Shown here piece after piece: positions 39,790 through 53,949 of a DNA stretch of 64,000 bases; positions within the stretch are counted from its first letter, which is position 1; every line of letters begins with the position of its first letter. Source of the DNA: Lama glama (Eukaryota); the NCBI GenBank assembly GCA_028534125.1, contig CM052817.1, positions 28,460,001 through 28,524,000 of the forward strand. The letters are read 5' to 3'. The notes beneath the pieces were generated by a model. It saw nothing but the letters and a program-made list of their open reading frames with translations. It did not search any database and was not told where the DNA came from. The position numbers were made by a program, and so were the translations under genes.

Positions 39790-39995
39790 ATAAAACAACA
39801 AAAATATGGACTTTGGAATTATACCTAAATCTTTATTTGGCCATTTGCTACCTGTGACACCTGGGATCAGTTAACCTTCTGAATTTAATTTTTCTCCTTT
39901 GTACAATGTATCTGGCAACTGTTAACTTTGCAGACTATTTAGATTACAGAAATAAAAGTATCTAGTACATAATAAAAGCTCAAATAATATTAGGA
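39790..39995 (+). mobile_element. MIR SINE
   Basis: 'ggactttggaattatacctaaatc...gccatttgctacctgtgac...gctcaaataatatt'. Confidence 0.55.
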
Positions 39996-41019
39996 ACCTA
40001 TATCTCAATATTGCTTAGCTCTTACAATTTAACCATCTGACAAAGGATCGTGAACATTACATTTCCATGTTATAAGTAATTCATTTAATAAGTAATTTAA
40101 AGTTAAGTATAACTATAGCAGTAGTATATACCCACTAGAAGACCATGTTATTAAAGATCTGAGTTTTATAGGGAAAATGAGTTTAACTTTCTTGATATAA
40201 AATATTCACATCCTTGATTAAGTTGATTGAACTCTACTAGTTAATTCTGCTTCAACTGGATTAATTATGAAGAGGATTTCAAGTGATGATTTATTTATTG
40301 GTTAATCTTTGAACTAACTCTGGCTTCAGTGCTCAGTACAGACAAAAGGGGGTTTAGTCACTTTAAAGATAATTATTTTTTGTTTCCTTAATTTTTAAAC
40401 TGATCAGAGTTCACAGTAAATTATCCTCTACCACTACATTCCTGATTAAAATGACCAGCTCTCTGGCAGTATGATGTTTTGTAACAGTGTTAGTATATTA
40501 CACAGCAGAGAAGAGTCTTTTGTTGATAAAGGGAAAATGTCCTGGTGCCTGTGACACTGTAGGACCAAAGGAGAGGAAATGAGACCTTTGATTTGTGCAT
40601 CATTTGATGAAATACTCAATTGGGTTTCTGGTTATTCTCTCCCATCTTCTTCTTTTTTTCCTGGGCTCCTTTCTTTCTCTCTTTTCCCGCTCTTATTTGC
40701 CTTCCCTGGGTTGCATTCTTGACTTGAATTTTCACCCTTTCTGATTCTCAGCAAAAAACTCTGTTACGCTCCACTGTTTGGGGAATTTCCTCTATGCCTC
40801 CAGCTACACAAGATACTCTGGAGCTCAGATATCTCACCTCCTTCCTATCTTTCTGATTTATCTACACATTTCTCTGTGTAAATGCATGACAGATTGTTAG
40901 AACCAGTATCTCTGAGAATATAAACAGAACTTACTGTCTGCATTAACATAATTTTACTGTTCCACTTATCTTCATCAACATAACTTTACTTTTTTAGAAA
41001 ATTCTTGGCTAGGAAGAGA

Positions 41020-41421
41020 AATAATACAAATTATGTTATTGTTCCTGCCAGGAAAATTCTGCAAGACCTATTAACTCTTCCATAGTAAACTCCAAAGGTA
41101 GTTTGTACCCCAAGACTCTTTGACCCTTTGTTGCAACATCCTCACCTTGCTGTGTTCACCAATCATTAATTATCGTATCATAAGATCCTTACACACTCCT
41201 AAACAAGCCCTGAACTCCTCCAGCCCTGGTCTCTATCTGTGAATTCAAAGACACAGCTGACACTAATAGTCTTCAAAATCTCAGCAATATGCTGTCCTTG
41301 CCCTCTTGTCTCTAAGATGCTGTAAGACAGTGAGGCACTGCTCTCCCTCAGCACAGTGAGCAGTAAGCTCAGCTTCGTCTAATCAGCATGATGTTTTGGT
41401 GGTATTCTGGAGGATCCAGCA
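41020..41421 (+). mobile_element. Old LTR (ERV class, subfamily uncertain), 3' half
   Basis: The terminus 'gcagtaagctcagcttcgtctaatcagcatgatgttttggtggtattctggaggatccagca' resembles an LTR polyA/U5 end. Confidence 0.45.
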
Positions 41422-41994
41422 TCCACTATGTCAAAACTCAAATAGCACTTCTCCTTTGGGCAGCTCCTGCTCCTCTTTACTCTTTATGCCAATTCTGCTA
41501 ATGGAAGACTTGACCTCAGTTTAAGATGGCCTGGCTTGTTTCATAGATAGAATAGCTGGATAGAAGGGGGACAATCTTTGCCATCTTTCTCTTTATAAGC
41601 ATATTCAGATTCTGTCATTTTTATTTTGGAGGTATAATTTTGACCTCTTTCTCATTTCATAGCAGCTTAATTTTTTTTTTCCTAACTTGTTACTATAAAT
41701 TCTTAATTTCTCTCCCCTGGCTTTAGAATGGTTAACAATATTAATGCCACAAATAAGATGGTTTGTTTAATATTAGTTAATTTTAGCTTAAATGTATAAA
41801 AATAATAATAAATGCTTTATATTTCAAAAGGCTAATAAGAATAAACATCTACAATTTGATTAAGAATAGCAAACAGGTCCAGATCTGGTACAGTCAATAA
41901 AAATGTATGAACAGTAGCTGGCCCATGGTAAAAGTTCAAGAAATGTTTGTGGAATAAATACATGGAATTATTTGTGAAAATCAAAAATTGGCTC

Positions 41995-42352
41995 TTGTGG
42001 TGTACATTGTCTACTCCAACATCAGCAGCATCTTTTCCTCCTTGTTAAGAAAATCCTGACTTTTGGTGTAACACGTCATCACCAGGAATGACGATATTTA
42101 CCTGCAGTTGGCCATGTGACTAAGTTTCATTCAAGGACATGTAGGTGAGTATGTTACAGGAGAAGGTGGGAAGGCTTTTTAACACATAGGCTTCTTTCCA
42201 AAGATGAAATGATCTAAAAGCCAATAAAGCTTAAGCTTCAGGACCCCTCATTTGCATGGACCCCTTGTGTAAATTAAATATCTGTAAATAAATTTTCAAA
42301 TTATCCTGATTTGAATGTAGCATTTATTTCCTATCAAGGTGCTGACTAACAC
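41995..42352 (+). mobile_element. Old ERVL/MaLR LTR remnant, possibly with a small DNA-transposon insert
   Basis: 'gcagttggccatgtgactaagtt' is an LTR motif. 'aagcttaagcttcaggacccctcatttgcatggacccctt' is hAT-Tip100-like. Confidence 0.35.
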
Positions 42353-44044
42353 TACACTTTTGAAATGTAGTTCATAATTTGAAGTCTCTTTCTCTTGGAT
42401 TTGTCTCTGAATTAATCTATCTAGTTTAATCTGAAGGATCATCGCTTACAATTTAGCTCTAGCTTACAATTTTATAACTTCTCAGATCCTCTCTATTTTT
42501 AGTGAACAAGCAGCATTTTTATGCCTATTATGTTTTTATCGTTTGATAATTTTGCTTGTCTGATCTTACTAGAGATACTAGGTGGATTATTTTTGAACTG
42601 ATTGTAGGTTATAGGTATCTGAACGTTCCAATAAAAATGACTGATAAGAATATCCCCTAAACTAGACAAATATAGTAATATTATAATGTTAATTAATAAT
42701 AAAATGCAACCAAGTAGTGTGCAGCACACATCATAATGTAATATTTTTTAAATGGTACATGATTATTGCAGTGACTGAGAATGAACCATAGAAAGAAAGT
42801 GGTTAATTAGCGATTTAGAGAAACATTCATGAGGAAATCCATTTCTCCAGCATTCGATTATTCCTACACTGAACAATTCATCAATGAGAATTGCTAATCG
42901 CTGAATAAGACAGAGTAGAATGTGTATGTGAAGCTTGCTATATGGAGCTAAGAAAATAAAAAACAGAGCACTTCCCCTGAGGACTTTAAAATCTAGTTAA
43001 GATGAAATTGGTAACATACTCAAATAGGCTAGAACCTGAATTACAGGATATGAGAAAGGCTAGTATAGATTGATTCATAAAATCAAATCAATTAAAAGAA
43101 TAAAATAGAAAGAATAGAAAAAAAGATTGAAGAAAATTTATAGCAACTTGAATGGGAAGAAGATGGGAGAAAGAAAAAAATTTTGTAGCATATGAAGCAA
43201 TTAATCATAATCAGTGCATTTGTAAGTAAAAAAAAAGTGCTTGATACACTTTACTGATTCCTTAAATCAAGTATATCCATTAAAGAAACACTTTTTGAGT
43301 TTAAATAATGTGCAAGAAATGCTACCAACAATAGATACAAAAAATTTAAAGTTTATTTCCCTAAAACTCTCTGATCTGGAATTTTAAATAAGGAATTATT
43401 TAGTATGCAAACAATGTTAAATAGAATTTTTCTAACTTCTGTCCAGCATATAAATCGAAACTTTTTTTCTTTTGAAAATATTCTAACAACTCACTTACTT
43501 ATGCATTCATTTATTTTGAGAATTTCTGTCTCTGACATCCAGGTTATTTCCTTCTAGATAGTTCATAGGCTTTTGCAATCATTTAATTTAACATTTAAAC
43601 TAGATTAGAGTACATGTATTATTGTTTATATTGGAAATCATCCTTTTCACTACAGTAATGTAATTATATTCAATACTTGCAGTGAGATTCCATGCTGAGC
43701 ATGAAATTAGCTTTTATCACAAAGGTATGATTTAACAAATATCCAATTCCAGAAAATCTGAAAGTATAAAAAAGAAAAAAAATACATATCTCACAAATAA
43801 TAGAGCAAAACAATTTTATGTGAAATTTCTACTTATAACTTGGATTCCACCTGCATACTTATCTTAAATAATTGATACTATTGCACTTTCATTTTTGATT
43901 AAAACTATCTTGCAAGTAATCATCAAGGTCCAAGATATACATTTCTCATGAAATTGCTATAAATATATATATGAAATTATATCTTAAGAAGAAACAGCAA
44001 AATTTTTTTCACCTTTCTTTTTTTTTTCCCTGTATCAAAAAAGA

Positions 44045-44220
44045 CTGTACAGAAACCAATAAGGGAAGTCAAGAAATATCTGAGTCTCAAACCTGCTTTA
44101 ATTTAATATCTGGCTTGGTTCAAATCAATTAATTTCTCTGGACCTCATTTTCCATATTAACAAAATTATGAAATTGGAATAGGTGATACTGAAGTCTCTT
44201 TCTAAATCTTAAAGTAATTC
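44045..44220 (+). mobile_element. MIR3-like SINE
   Basis: 'aaatcaattaatttctctggacctcattttccat...aagtctctttcta'. Confidence 0.5.
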
Positions 44221-44369
44221 CAACATAATCATTATAAATAATACTGGATAATCTTTGAAAAATATGTATACACATACACTACTGCCAGTTAAACTACGTG
44301 ATTAACAGACAATCCATTTTAGATTCCAATCTTTTTTTAAAAAGTCTTAATTAAAAAAACTAACAATGC

Positions 44370-44705
44370 TTAATTGAAGTACAATTTATATACTGTAAAT
44401 TACACATATCTTAAGAGCTCAGATGATGAAACAAATGTATACCCCTGTATTAAATCCCCCAAATTATTTCCATCATCCTAAAAAGTTTCCTGGGGCCCCA
44501 TTCAAATCAATTCTTCTCTCCACCCACTGCTCCAGAGGCAACCACTTTTCCACTGTCTTTATTACTGTTACCATAGATGTTTTGGTTGTTCATGAACTTC
44601 ATATATATGAGTTCGTATAGTACATTTTTATCTGGCTTCTTTGGCTCACCATGATGTTTCTGAAATGGATGTATGTTGCTGAGCACATCACTGCATTGTT
44701 CTTTT
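44370..44705 (-). mobile_element. Old L1 3' end
   Basis: 'ttaattgaagtacaatttatatactgtaaattacacatatcttaag...ccagaggcaaccact...tatctggcttctttggctcaccatgatgtttctga'. Confidence 0.8.
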
Positions 44706-44814
44706 ACAGTGGGGCGGGATGGGGGCTGTAACGGGCTCTTAGGATTGTCTATCCTTTCAGATGAGAAACAGTGCCGTCTGGGTAGGAAATCATCCATAAG
44801 TCAAACATGGTTCA

Positions 44815-45200
44815 CTTTTTTTTTTTCTTTTCAATGTTTTATTATGAAAAAATTCAAAAACAAACAAATGGCAGAGAACAGTATAATAAACGTCATACAG
44901 GCATCACCCAGCCTCAATTATTATTAACAGGCGGCCAATTTTCTTTTATCCATATGCACCCCACTGCGCTCGCCTCCCGTTAAATTAGTTTAAAACATAT
45001 CCTAGCCCCCATGCTATTTCATTCGTAATACCTTAGTATGTATCTATAAAAATGTAAATTTTTCCTTAACTATCATTGTTACACCTAAAATAGTTTGTAG
45101 TAATCATTCTTGATGATCAGAAATCTAGGTATGTGACCCCAGATTATAGCAGAATGGGTTTATATGAGAAGTAATCAAGGCTTTTTGAAACAAGATAAAG
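44815..45200 (-). mobile_element. L1ME 3' end with poly(T) tail
   Basis: 'tttttttcttttcaatgttttattatgaaaaaattcaaa...agagaacagtataataaac'. Confidence 0.65.
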
Positions 45201-45439
45201 ATCTATTGCTTTTTTTTTAATTTTAAAGCTTGTCCTTACCTATTGTTATGAATTTTATATGAATTTACTATATTCAACTTAAGATCATAAGATTGGTATT
45301 ATAAACCCCCTAAATACATTCTCATTTTATAAGGTGACTTCTACACATCTAAAATGAATTGCAAGTCAATCAAATTGTATGTAGGTCTGCAGTCACATCA
45401 ACCTTTCCTTCACTCTTAATACTGCTTGTTAACGAGGCC

Positions 45440-45600
45440 TTCAAAATATCTGTATTTCCTTAGTACCGTAGTAAAGAGTATGTGATTGATCTCGTTTTAC
45501 AGACTAGGAAACTAGCTCAGAGAAATAATTTGATATGAGTCATAAATGGAGAATCCACTGTTGGAACCCTGACATTTACACTCTTTTCAGTCTACTCTGA
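45440..45600 (-). mobile_element. MIR SINE
   Basis: 'gttttacagactaggaaactagctcagaga'. Confidence 0.55.
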
Positions 45601-48097
45601 TAGACCTTCCCTACATAATTATGATGGGAAAATTAAATCCAGAGTTTCTACATGGTACCAAGTACTCCCAAATAGAAATTAGCAAATGCCATAATTTCGA
45701 AGGTAGTCATTCTGAGGTGGAAACAAAATTATTCACCTCGCTTATTCCCTTCTAGTGTTTTTTTTTTCTTTCTTAAAATTAAGACATAAAGAGATGTTAC
45801 CAAAGTAGTTTAGCGCCTAAAACTCTGATATTTCCACCTACATCCTACAAATGACAATGGCGATATGTGCATCTTTTTCTTCATTATGGAGTGTTCATAC
45901 TGATTTCAGAATCAACTCTGATGGACCTACAAGGAGTTCCCAAATACTCCCAATTCATCTCTTCAATATCTTATAAATACATCACCCCCTTCACTGAATT
46001 TATTCAACCATATATTAAGAAACAGCTATGTACGAAGAAAAATAATGTGTTATGTGGTGTATAGATGATTAAGCATTTTCATTGTCTTCAAGAGAGCTTA
46101 TAAGGAAAATAAAGAAATGTGCATAAATTATTACAATAAAAGATTTTTAAAAAGAAATTATCTTATGAAAGACAAAGTGAAGGCAATAAGGAAATTCAAG
46201 TGGTCCCAAAATGGCCAGAAAATAAGAGAACAAAGGTGCAGAAGTGTGAAACTCAGCAAGTGGTGCACGGAGAGAGCAGAGTTTAAGCGGTAGATTATCA
46301 GCATGTAAACAGCTGTACATCCTTCTCTCTCCCACCCTTGGCCTGGCTCTTAAGTCAGTCTCCGTACCTTGCCTGCCCCCACAAGATCCTTGACATTTAA
46401 AGTAGAGTATTTACAGTCACACTAAGTAACTCTGACCTCAAATGGCTTGATTAACCTATTTAAATTTTGTCTTGAGTGCTGAGCGCAAACTTATTCAGCA
46501 GGGTTCACAAATACCAGCAAGAAATTTCATCAGCTTCCTACTACAGTTAATGTTACATGGCTGTCTTCCTCTATTATAACTGAAAGTCAAGCTCTACTTC
46601 ATAAGATAGTTTAAACTGCATTAAAATTCAAATATCTTCATCAATTTCAGTATCTATCAATGTGGTACATTTTTTGAAAACTGTAGAGAGAAATATGTCA
46701 ACAGACTATTTCTAGAGACTAGTTAATGGATTAATATGCTATTTTTTGCCAAAAAAAAGTTGCTCAAATAGAATTGGGAGAGGAGGAGTGCAGGTGGTAT
46801 CAATAATTTACAGTCTTTCAGAAAACTATAGCCCAGAATTTTAGGACATTTTCAGCTCTATTAGCGTGGGATTCCTTAACTCTGGTAGCATAGTCTCAGC
46901 ACCCTTCCATTTTTGCTCCTCCACCCTGGTAGCTCTTCAAGTAGCTGTGCCAACACGCACGTCATTTAACACCGTAGACACGATGTGTACACATGTAAAC
47001 AAGTAACAGATGAAACCTGAGGCTTATAATAGTTTAACTTAATGCAGTCTTAAAGATTTAGCACAGATATTTTCTAAAATCTATTATTGGAGCTTCAATC
47101 TTATTAATGAGATTAAAAGTTAAAGGGAGTAGTTACATGCTAATTCCTAGGCAAATAAAATATTCATCCCTTTGTAGTGTTAATTTTAATTTGTTTAGCC
47201 TAATAGCTTCATCATGTATTGTTTGATGGAATAACCAGTGATGAATGTTAAGACTATGACACTTTTTAATGGATGATAAATCTTTAATTGAAGAATTACA
47301 ATAACGAAGCTAAGTATTCATGATACTGGATTAATTCAGAGCTCATGTTGCAAATACAAAAGAAACTTTTCTTTATAATCAATTCATTTTTGAGGTTTTT
47401 TTCAAATTTAATTCTATTAAACAGTGTAATTACTTGAGACTTTAATTAAAAGGGCTGCTTTGCTTTTTCTTTATGGGAAATTCAGACAGCAGAATACAAG
47501 TGTCATTATTAAACACATGTCCCAAATATGATGATTCTCTTAGAACTTGCTTTCGTCACCTAGAGAATATCAAATTAGACAGTTTATAATAAAAAATTCA
47601 CTTTATGTGACCTAAGTTTAAAACTTCCATCTTCTGCACCAGAGAGAAAGTAAAATTTTATTGCGATAATAAAGAATTCTAAAAATTAGACTCTTCCTAA
47701 AATTATAATTATGCCTATTACTAAGCTTTCCACATGAATACACCTGAAAAATTAAGACTCTGTGTCAAAACGACAAAAACTAGGGAGTGGATATAATTGA
47801 GAACCATTAACTTGCGAAAGTTACATTCAGGAAATGGTTTCAGGGGTTGAGAACAGCTTTGTTTCCCCAGAACTTTAAATAATATTGTTAAAACATTAAA
47901 CCTGAACAAAATGTAAGAAACAAAATCAAATAATATTTTTTAAATCATTGCAATGCACTATTTCATGTTAGAAAATAAAATAATTAAAAAAAAATAGAAA
48001 ACTCAAAGACCAATTTTAGTGCTTCACAACTGGTTGGAAAACGGGGGATTAGGAATACCTAAAAAAACTTCCACAAATATTTTCTTAATGATGCATA

Positions 48098-50429
48098 CAA
48101 GCTCACCTTGGAGATATCATGGGTTTGGTTCCAGACCATGGCAATAAGGTGAATTTCAAAATAAAGTAAGTCACACAAATTTTTTGGTATCTCAGTGCAT
48201 ATAAAAGTTATTCTTACACTATACCATAGTCTTTTAAGTGTGTAATTGCATTTCATGTAAAAAAAGCAATGTACATATTTAATGAAAAATACTTCATTGC
48301 TGAAAAATCAAACCATTATCTGAGACTTCAGAGTAACCTTTTTGCTGGTGGAGGGTTTTGTCTCCATATTGATGGCTGTTGACTGATCAGGGTAGTGGTT
48401 GCTGAAGTCTGGGTCGACTGTGGCAATTTCTTAAAATAAGATAACCATGAATTTTGCTGCATTGATTGACGATTGACTTCCTTTCCCAATTTCTCTGTAG
48501 CATGCAATGCCATTTGATAGCATTTTACCCACAGTAGAATTTCTTTTAAAACTGAAGTCAGTCCTCTCAAATCCTGTTGCTGCTTTATCAACTAAGTTTA
48601 TGCAATATTCTAAATTGTTTGTTGTCATTTCAACAATCTTCACATCCTTACCAGGAGTAGATTTCATCACAAGAAACCACTTTCTTTGCTCATTCATAAG
48701 AAACAACACCTCATCCTCTAATGTTTCATCATGAGATTGAAGCAATTCAGTCTCATCTTCAGACTCTACTTCTTATTCTAGTTCTCTTACCTTTTCCACC
48801 ACGTATGCAGTTGCTTCCTCCACTCAAGTCTTGAAGCTCTCAAAGTCACCCATGAGTGTTGGAATCAACTTCTTCCAAACTTCTATTAATGTTGATCCTT
48901 TGACCTTTTCACACTAGTGTTCCTAACGGCATCAAGAATGGTGAAGTGTTTCCAGAAGACTCTGCCCAGATTCATCAGGGGAACCACTATCTGTAGCAGC
49001 TATAGACTTACAAGTGTATTTCTTAAATAATGAGATTTGAAAGCCAAAATGGCTTCTTGGTCCATGGGCTACAAAATGGATATTGTCAGCAGGCATGAAA
49101 ATATTAGTCTCATTGTGCATCTCCATTGGAGCTCTTGGGTGACCAATTGCATTCCTAATGAGCATTAATATTTTGAAAGGAATCTTTTTTTCTGAGCAGT
49201 AAGGCTCAACAGTGGGCTTAAAATATTTAGTGAACCATGTTGTAAAGAGATATGCTGTCATCCAGGCTTTGTTGTTTCATCTGGAGAGCATAGGCAGAGT
49301 AAATTTAGCATAATTCTTAAGGGCTCTAAAATTTTTGGAATAGTCAATGAGCACCTGGCTTCAACTTAAATTCACCAGCTGCATTAGCACTAACAAGAAA
49401 GTCAGCATGTCCTTTGGCACTTCAAAGCCAGGCATTGATTTCTCCTCCCTAGCTATAAAATTCCTAATGGCATCTTCTTCCAATATGAGGCTGATTCCTC
49501 TATACTGAAAATCTGTTGTTTAGTACAGCCCCCTTTATTTATGATCTCAGTTGGATCTTTCTGCAGCTTCTACATCAGCACGTGCTGCTTCACCCTGCAC
49601 TTTTATGTTATGGAGATGGCGCCTTTCCTTCAACCTCAGGAACCAACCTCTTTTAGCTTTAAACTTCTTTTTTAATGCAGCTTCCTCATCTCTCTCATCT
49701 TTCATGGAATTGAAGAGAGTTGGGTCCTTGTCTGGATCAGGCTTTGGCTTAAGGCAGTGTTGTGGTTTGATCTTCTATTCAGACCACTAAACGTTCTCAT
49801 ATCCCCAATAAGCCTGTCTTGCTTATCATTCACGTGCTTACTGGAGTAGCACTTTTAATTTCCTTCAAGAACTTTTCCTTCGCTTTCTCAATTTGGCTGT
49901 TTGGCTCAAGAGGTCTGGCTTTCAGCCTATCCTGGCTTTCAAGACACTTTTCTCACTTACCTTCATTATTTCTGACTTTTGATTTCAAGTGAGAGACGTA
50001 CAACTCTTCACTCAAACACTTAGAGGCCATTAAATGATTACTAATTGGCCTAATTTCAACATTCTCGTGTCTCAGAGGATAGGGAGGCCTGAGGAGAGAG
50101 AAAGAGATGGAGAACAATTGGCTGAGGGAGCAGTAGAACATATACATTTATCCATTCATTTTGCCATCTTACATGGATGTGGTTTGTGGTGTTCCAGAAC
50201 AACTACAGTAGTAACATCGAAGACATGTGGATCACAATAACAAATAAAATAACAATGAAAGGTTTGAAATACTGTATGAATTACCAAAAAGTGACACAGA
50301 GACACGAAGTGAACAAACGCTATTGGAACAATGGCACCGATAGACTTGCTAGATGCAAGGTTGCTATAAACCTTCAACTCTTAAAAAAAAATGCAATAAA
50401 CTGAAGCACAATAAAATAAAATGATACTG
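48098..50429 (-). mobile_element. Tigger1 (TcMar-Tigger) DNA transposon, near full length, inactivated
   Basis: Both degraded ends are recognisable, with TA TSDs at 48096-97 and 50430-31. ORF-track peptide MTAYLFTTWFTKYFKPTVEPYCSEKKIPFKILMLIRNAIGHPRA (48932-49261) is the Tigger1/TIGD1-type transposase DDE domain, fragmented by stops. Confidence 0.95.
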
Positions 50430-51539
50430 TACTCTGTTTTTCTTAAGTCTTTTCCCTCCACTGGACAACCGTTGTCTCAGTCCAACCATTCAACATTTAA
50501 TTCTTTTTATAGAACGCCTGCCAAATTATAACTTTCTTCTTCTTAACCATCCACTGAATATTTCCAGTCAAATTTCAACACCTCTAAAAACGTTTTGTAT
50601 GGCCAACTGAAATCTTTATCTCTGCTCCTTCTGTCTTGGGCCCTAGTTCTATCATGTGGAGCTACAGTGACTAGGAATTAGCCCACTTCCATTCCCTTGC
50701 TTTTATGCTTGAAAGCAATTACCTGTTCTTCTCCAAGCCTTCTCAACTAAAGTTCTACTTCACCTTCATGTTTAAGAGGTAGCTAGACAAATCTAGTGAT
50801 TGGTATATTTTTTGGAGAAATAGACTCATCTATTGATGTGAAGGAGGAAAAAAATAATGTAGCACTTGGTGACAATGTCAGAATCTAACTCTGACATGAT
50901 TATTATTGTCATTATTATGATATGACTTCTCATATCTTTAAACAAAAATGCTACATTAAAGTATTTGTCAAGAATCTGAGCTAGAATGCAACCTAAAAGA
51001 GCTGTCAGTAATATTGAATTTTTTATAGAATTTCAAGACAGTTATATCAGCTGTAATTGCTTACACAAAAGAATAATCTGCTCATTAGAGCTGTGGCTAC
51101 TGAGTGAGCAAAAATATTTTAGAGACATTCTCAAATTCTTCATATCAAATAAGAAAAGTTTACAATTTATGAACATATAAATATGTACATAGTTACATAT
51201 GATATTCACTATTCTTTACAGTATTTTGATTTTTAGTCTAGATATTTGAAATATATTTTAAGAGGTTACATGAGTATTCTAGGAAAATAAGCTTTCCATT
51301 ATATAAAATAATACAGATTTAACTAAAAAATGTATATATTAAATATATAATATATAAGTATTCATTTATATACAATATATTTTAAAATATGTTAATAAAA
51401 AATTAGGTCTTTATTAGCATAAATACTTAAAATATAATATTTGTTATATATTCCTTAGGGGTTCATCCTTGTAAAGTTTTTCTAATTTTATGAATATCAA
51501 TGTCATTAATATCTGTGAATGTCAACGTTTTAATATCTA

Positions 51540-52055
51540 TCTTTCACAATGCTACCAGTGTTATCTTTTGAGCCATGATCTATACAAATGTTACTTTTCT
51601 GGGGGAAAAAAAAGAAAAGTAATATGATGGTTTCCATTCCCATTATCTAAATGTCAAAGCCTCTGACTTGCACTATAGGGTGTTAAGCATTTTACAATCA
51701 ACTCCCAAATTACTTTTCCAGTTTCATCTCCATGTTGTGGTGTCATTGTCTGCTTACACTGGCAAAAGTCTCTTCACGAAGTAGACTTCTTCCCTTTCGC
51801 TCTGCATCACTTCTATTCATGCTTCTGAAAGGCAATTCAGAGTGTTTCCTCTTGTGTGAAAGCTTCCCCACCTTTCCTTAAGCAACTGCAGTCACTCCCT
51901 TCTCTGAGTCTATAGATTGCAGTATTCACAGGCCATATTTAATGATGGTATAGTTATTTTTCCCACCAGACTGCGATCCCCTCAAGAGAAGGAAATGTGT
52001 CATCTATCTTTGTTGTCCAGTGTCCAGCACAGGGCCTGATACTTGCTAGGAACAG
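51540..52055 (+). mobile_element. L2 LINE 3' end
   Basis: 'ccaccagactgcgatcccctcaagagaaggaaatgtgtcatctatctttgttgtccagtgtccagcacagggcctgatacttgctagg'. Confidence 0.7.
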
Positions 52056-53286
52056 GACTTAGAGATTTTCACCTGGGCATTTCACCTTTCTTTGCCTTTA
52101 ACTCCTCAGTCTTTGATCAAGTCCTTTAACATTTTTAATCTTGAAGTATCATGTTCACGAGCATTTGCACCTTCAAGCAATAAGATGATAGTAAACTACA
52201 GTAGAAATAGCAGAGAATTTTGTGTAAGTAGTTACTGAGTGTGTTAATTTACTAAATTAGATAACTCTCCATTGTCCTGGTTATCTCTGGTATAAAGGAG
52301 ATGAATAATAACCACATCATGGGTTTATGGTAAGGATGAAATAGGGTTTAGCGTGCAAAAAAATATCTCTCAGAGGTTTGACTAGATGGTTTCTAAAACA
52401 TGTTAGGAGTTCTAATAATCTACGGATTAAAGAAGACCTTTTAGAAGCAGCTTTAAGTACAAAAAAAGGTGATTATTTTCTCATAGTGTTTTACCAAATG
52501 AAAATTGAAGCTTGTCCAAGCAAAACAATAAAAAGAATGAGCTTCTAAAGAGGATAAATTCTTGAGGAAGCATTGAACCTCAACCAGAGTTGCATAAAAT
52601 TTGGGTCTACTGAGGGTGTTACTAACAGCCACCAGAATTTAGAAGATGTAAATAGGAAAAAGAAGCAGAATTCATGAAAAGCTTTACTTTTGAGTATAAA
52701 CTATAGGCCAAGAGAAATTTTAAAAAAACACTATTGTGTAAGAATTGAAAGTGCAGACTACAAGGAGAAGAATTGTCAAGTGATACTGGTATTATAGTAG
52801 AAAGTCAAAGAAAAAATATTTTTTATTGACAGCTGTGTGATTAAAAAAAAACATTGCTATAAAAGTCTAGATCCACATTTTGAAATTCTAATAAATTAAA
52901 CTTCAAGACATTAATTACAAATCCATTGATTTTGATTCAATTATATAGATTATAGAACATAATGTATTGCTTACACAGTTTGCTAATTGACACTAAAAGT
53001 AAGTCAGTGACTTGGTCTACAAATAATTGTTTTGTTTTCACTTCTTTGGAAGATCAATTTATTCTACTGCCAATGATTTATCTGTCTCCATTAGAAAACT
53101 ATATTTGAACTATTTTTCAACAATATGTTTATGAAGTAATTTCTAAAATCAGTAATTTAATATTGGTGACTGTGGTGGTCCTATGCTTTGTTTAAATTTA
53201 CTTTTAACACATAGTAGTTATTTTTTCTGTTCTTATAAAAAAATCTAAACATTTATGTCCAGGTTTGGGTTTAAGAGGATTGTGAG

Positions 53287-53309
53287 TGTGTGTGTGTGTG
53301 TGTGTGTGT
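53287..53309. repeat. (TG)n microsatellite
   Basis: Read directly. Confidence 0.95.
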
Positions 53310-53641
53310 ACTTATGTATCAACACACTGCTCAACACACACAAAAATATATGTATCTTTTTATTTTAGTGCCAAATATATGATGGTATTGAGCAATCTGG
53401 TCACTGAAAGATATTAATGGATTATTAATTTGGGTTCTACTGATCTACTGAAACTGTATATTTGCCTGTAAGAATAAATTTGCAACTGAATTAAAGATCC
53501 TTTCATCCTTTCAGCACTACCATCAAAGTCCAGACTTACAGAGCTGAAGGATAATTGTATTCTAGAAATATTTCTGAAAGTCCTACCTGTTTATTCTAAG
53601 AAAAGTATTTTATGTATTGGAAATACTTCAGTTTAAGTAAT

Positions 53642-53663
53642 TATATATATATATATATATATA
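53642..53663. repeat. (TA)n microsatellite
   Basis: Read directly. Confidence 0.95.
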
Positions 53664-53821
53664 CAAATATTCACAACTAGATTTGATATTTAAATCTTTC
53701 ATTTCATATGATTTCTACATCATGATGTAATTTAAATTTGAGAATTTAATGCAATCTTCCTAATGACTTTTGGTCAGCAAAATAGTGAACCTAATCATCC
53801 TCTTTGACACTGTGGTGACAG

Positions 53822-53870
53822 AGAACCTGACAGGACCCGGGATGCCATGGAGAAAAAAAAGCTTGAGAAG
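53822..53870 (+). CDS. Candidate coding exon (49 nt, phase 2 to 0): (R)EPDRTRDAMEKKKLEK
   Basis: Branch-point-like cctaat (53790-95), acceptor gtgacag|A and donor AAG|GTAACA. Purine-rich and open, with a retained CpG (cccggg) in CpG-poor surroundings. Also contains a GCCATGG Kozak context at 53844-50. Confidence 0.45.
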
Positions 53871-53949
53871 GTAACATTTAAGAGAGCACATTATTTCATT
53901 CCTTACTGCTATACTAAAGATGATCATAATCTACATTATGAAGACCACC

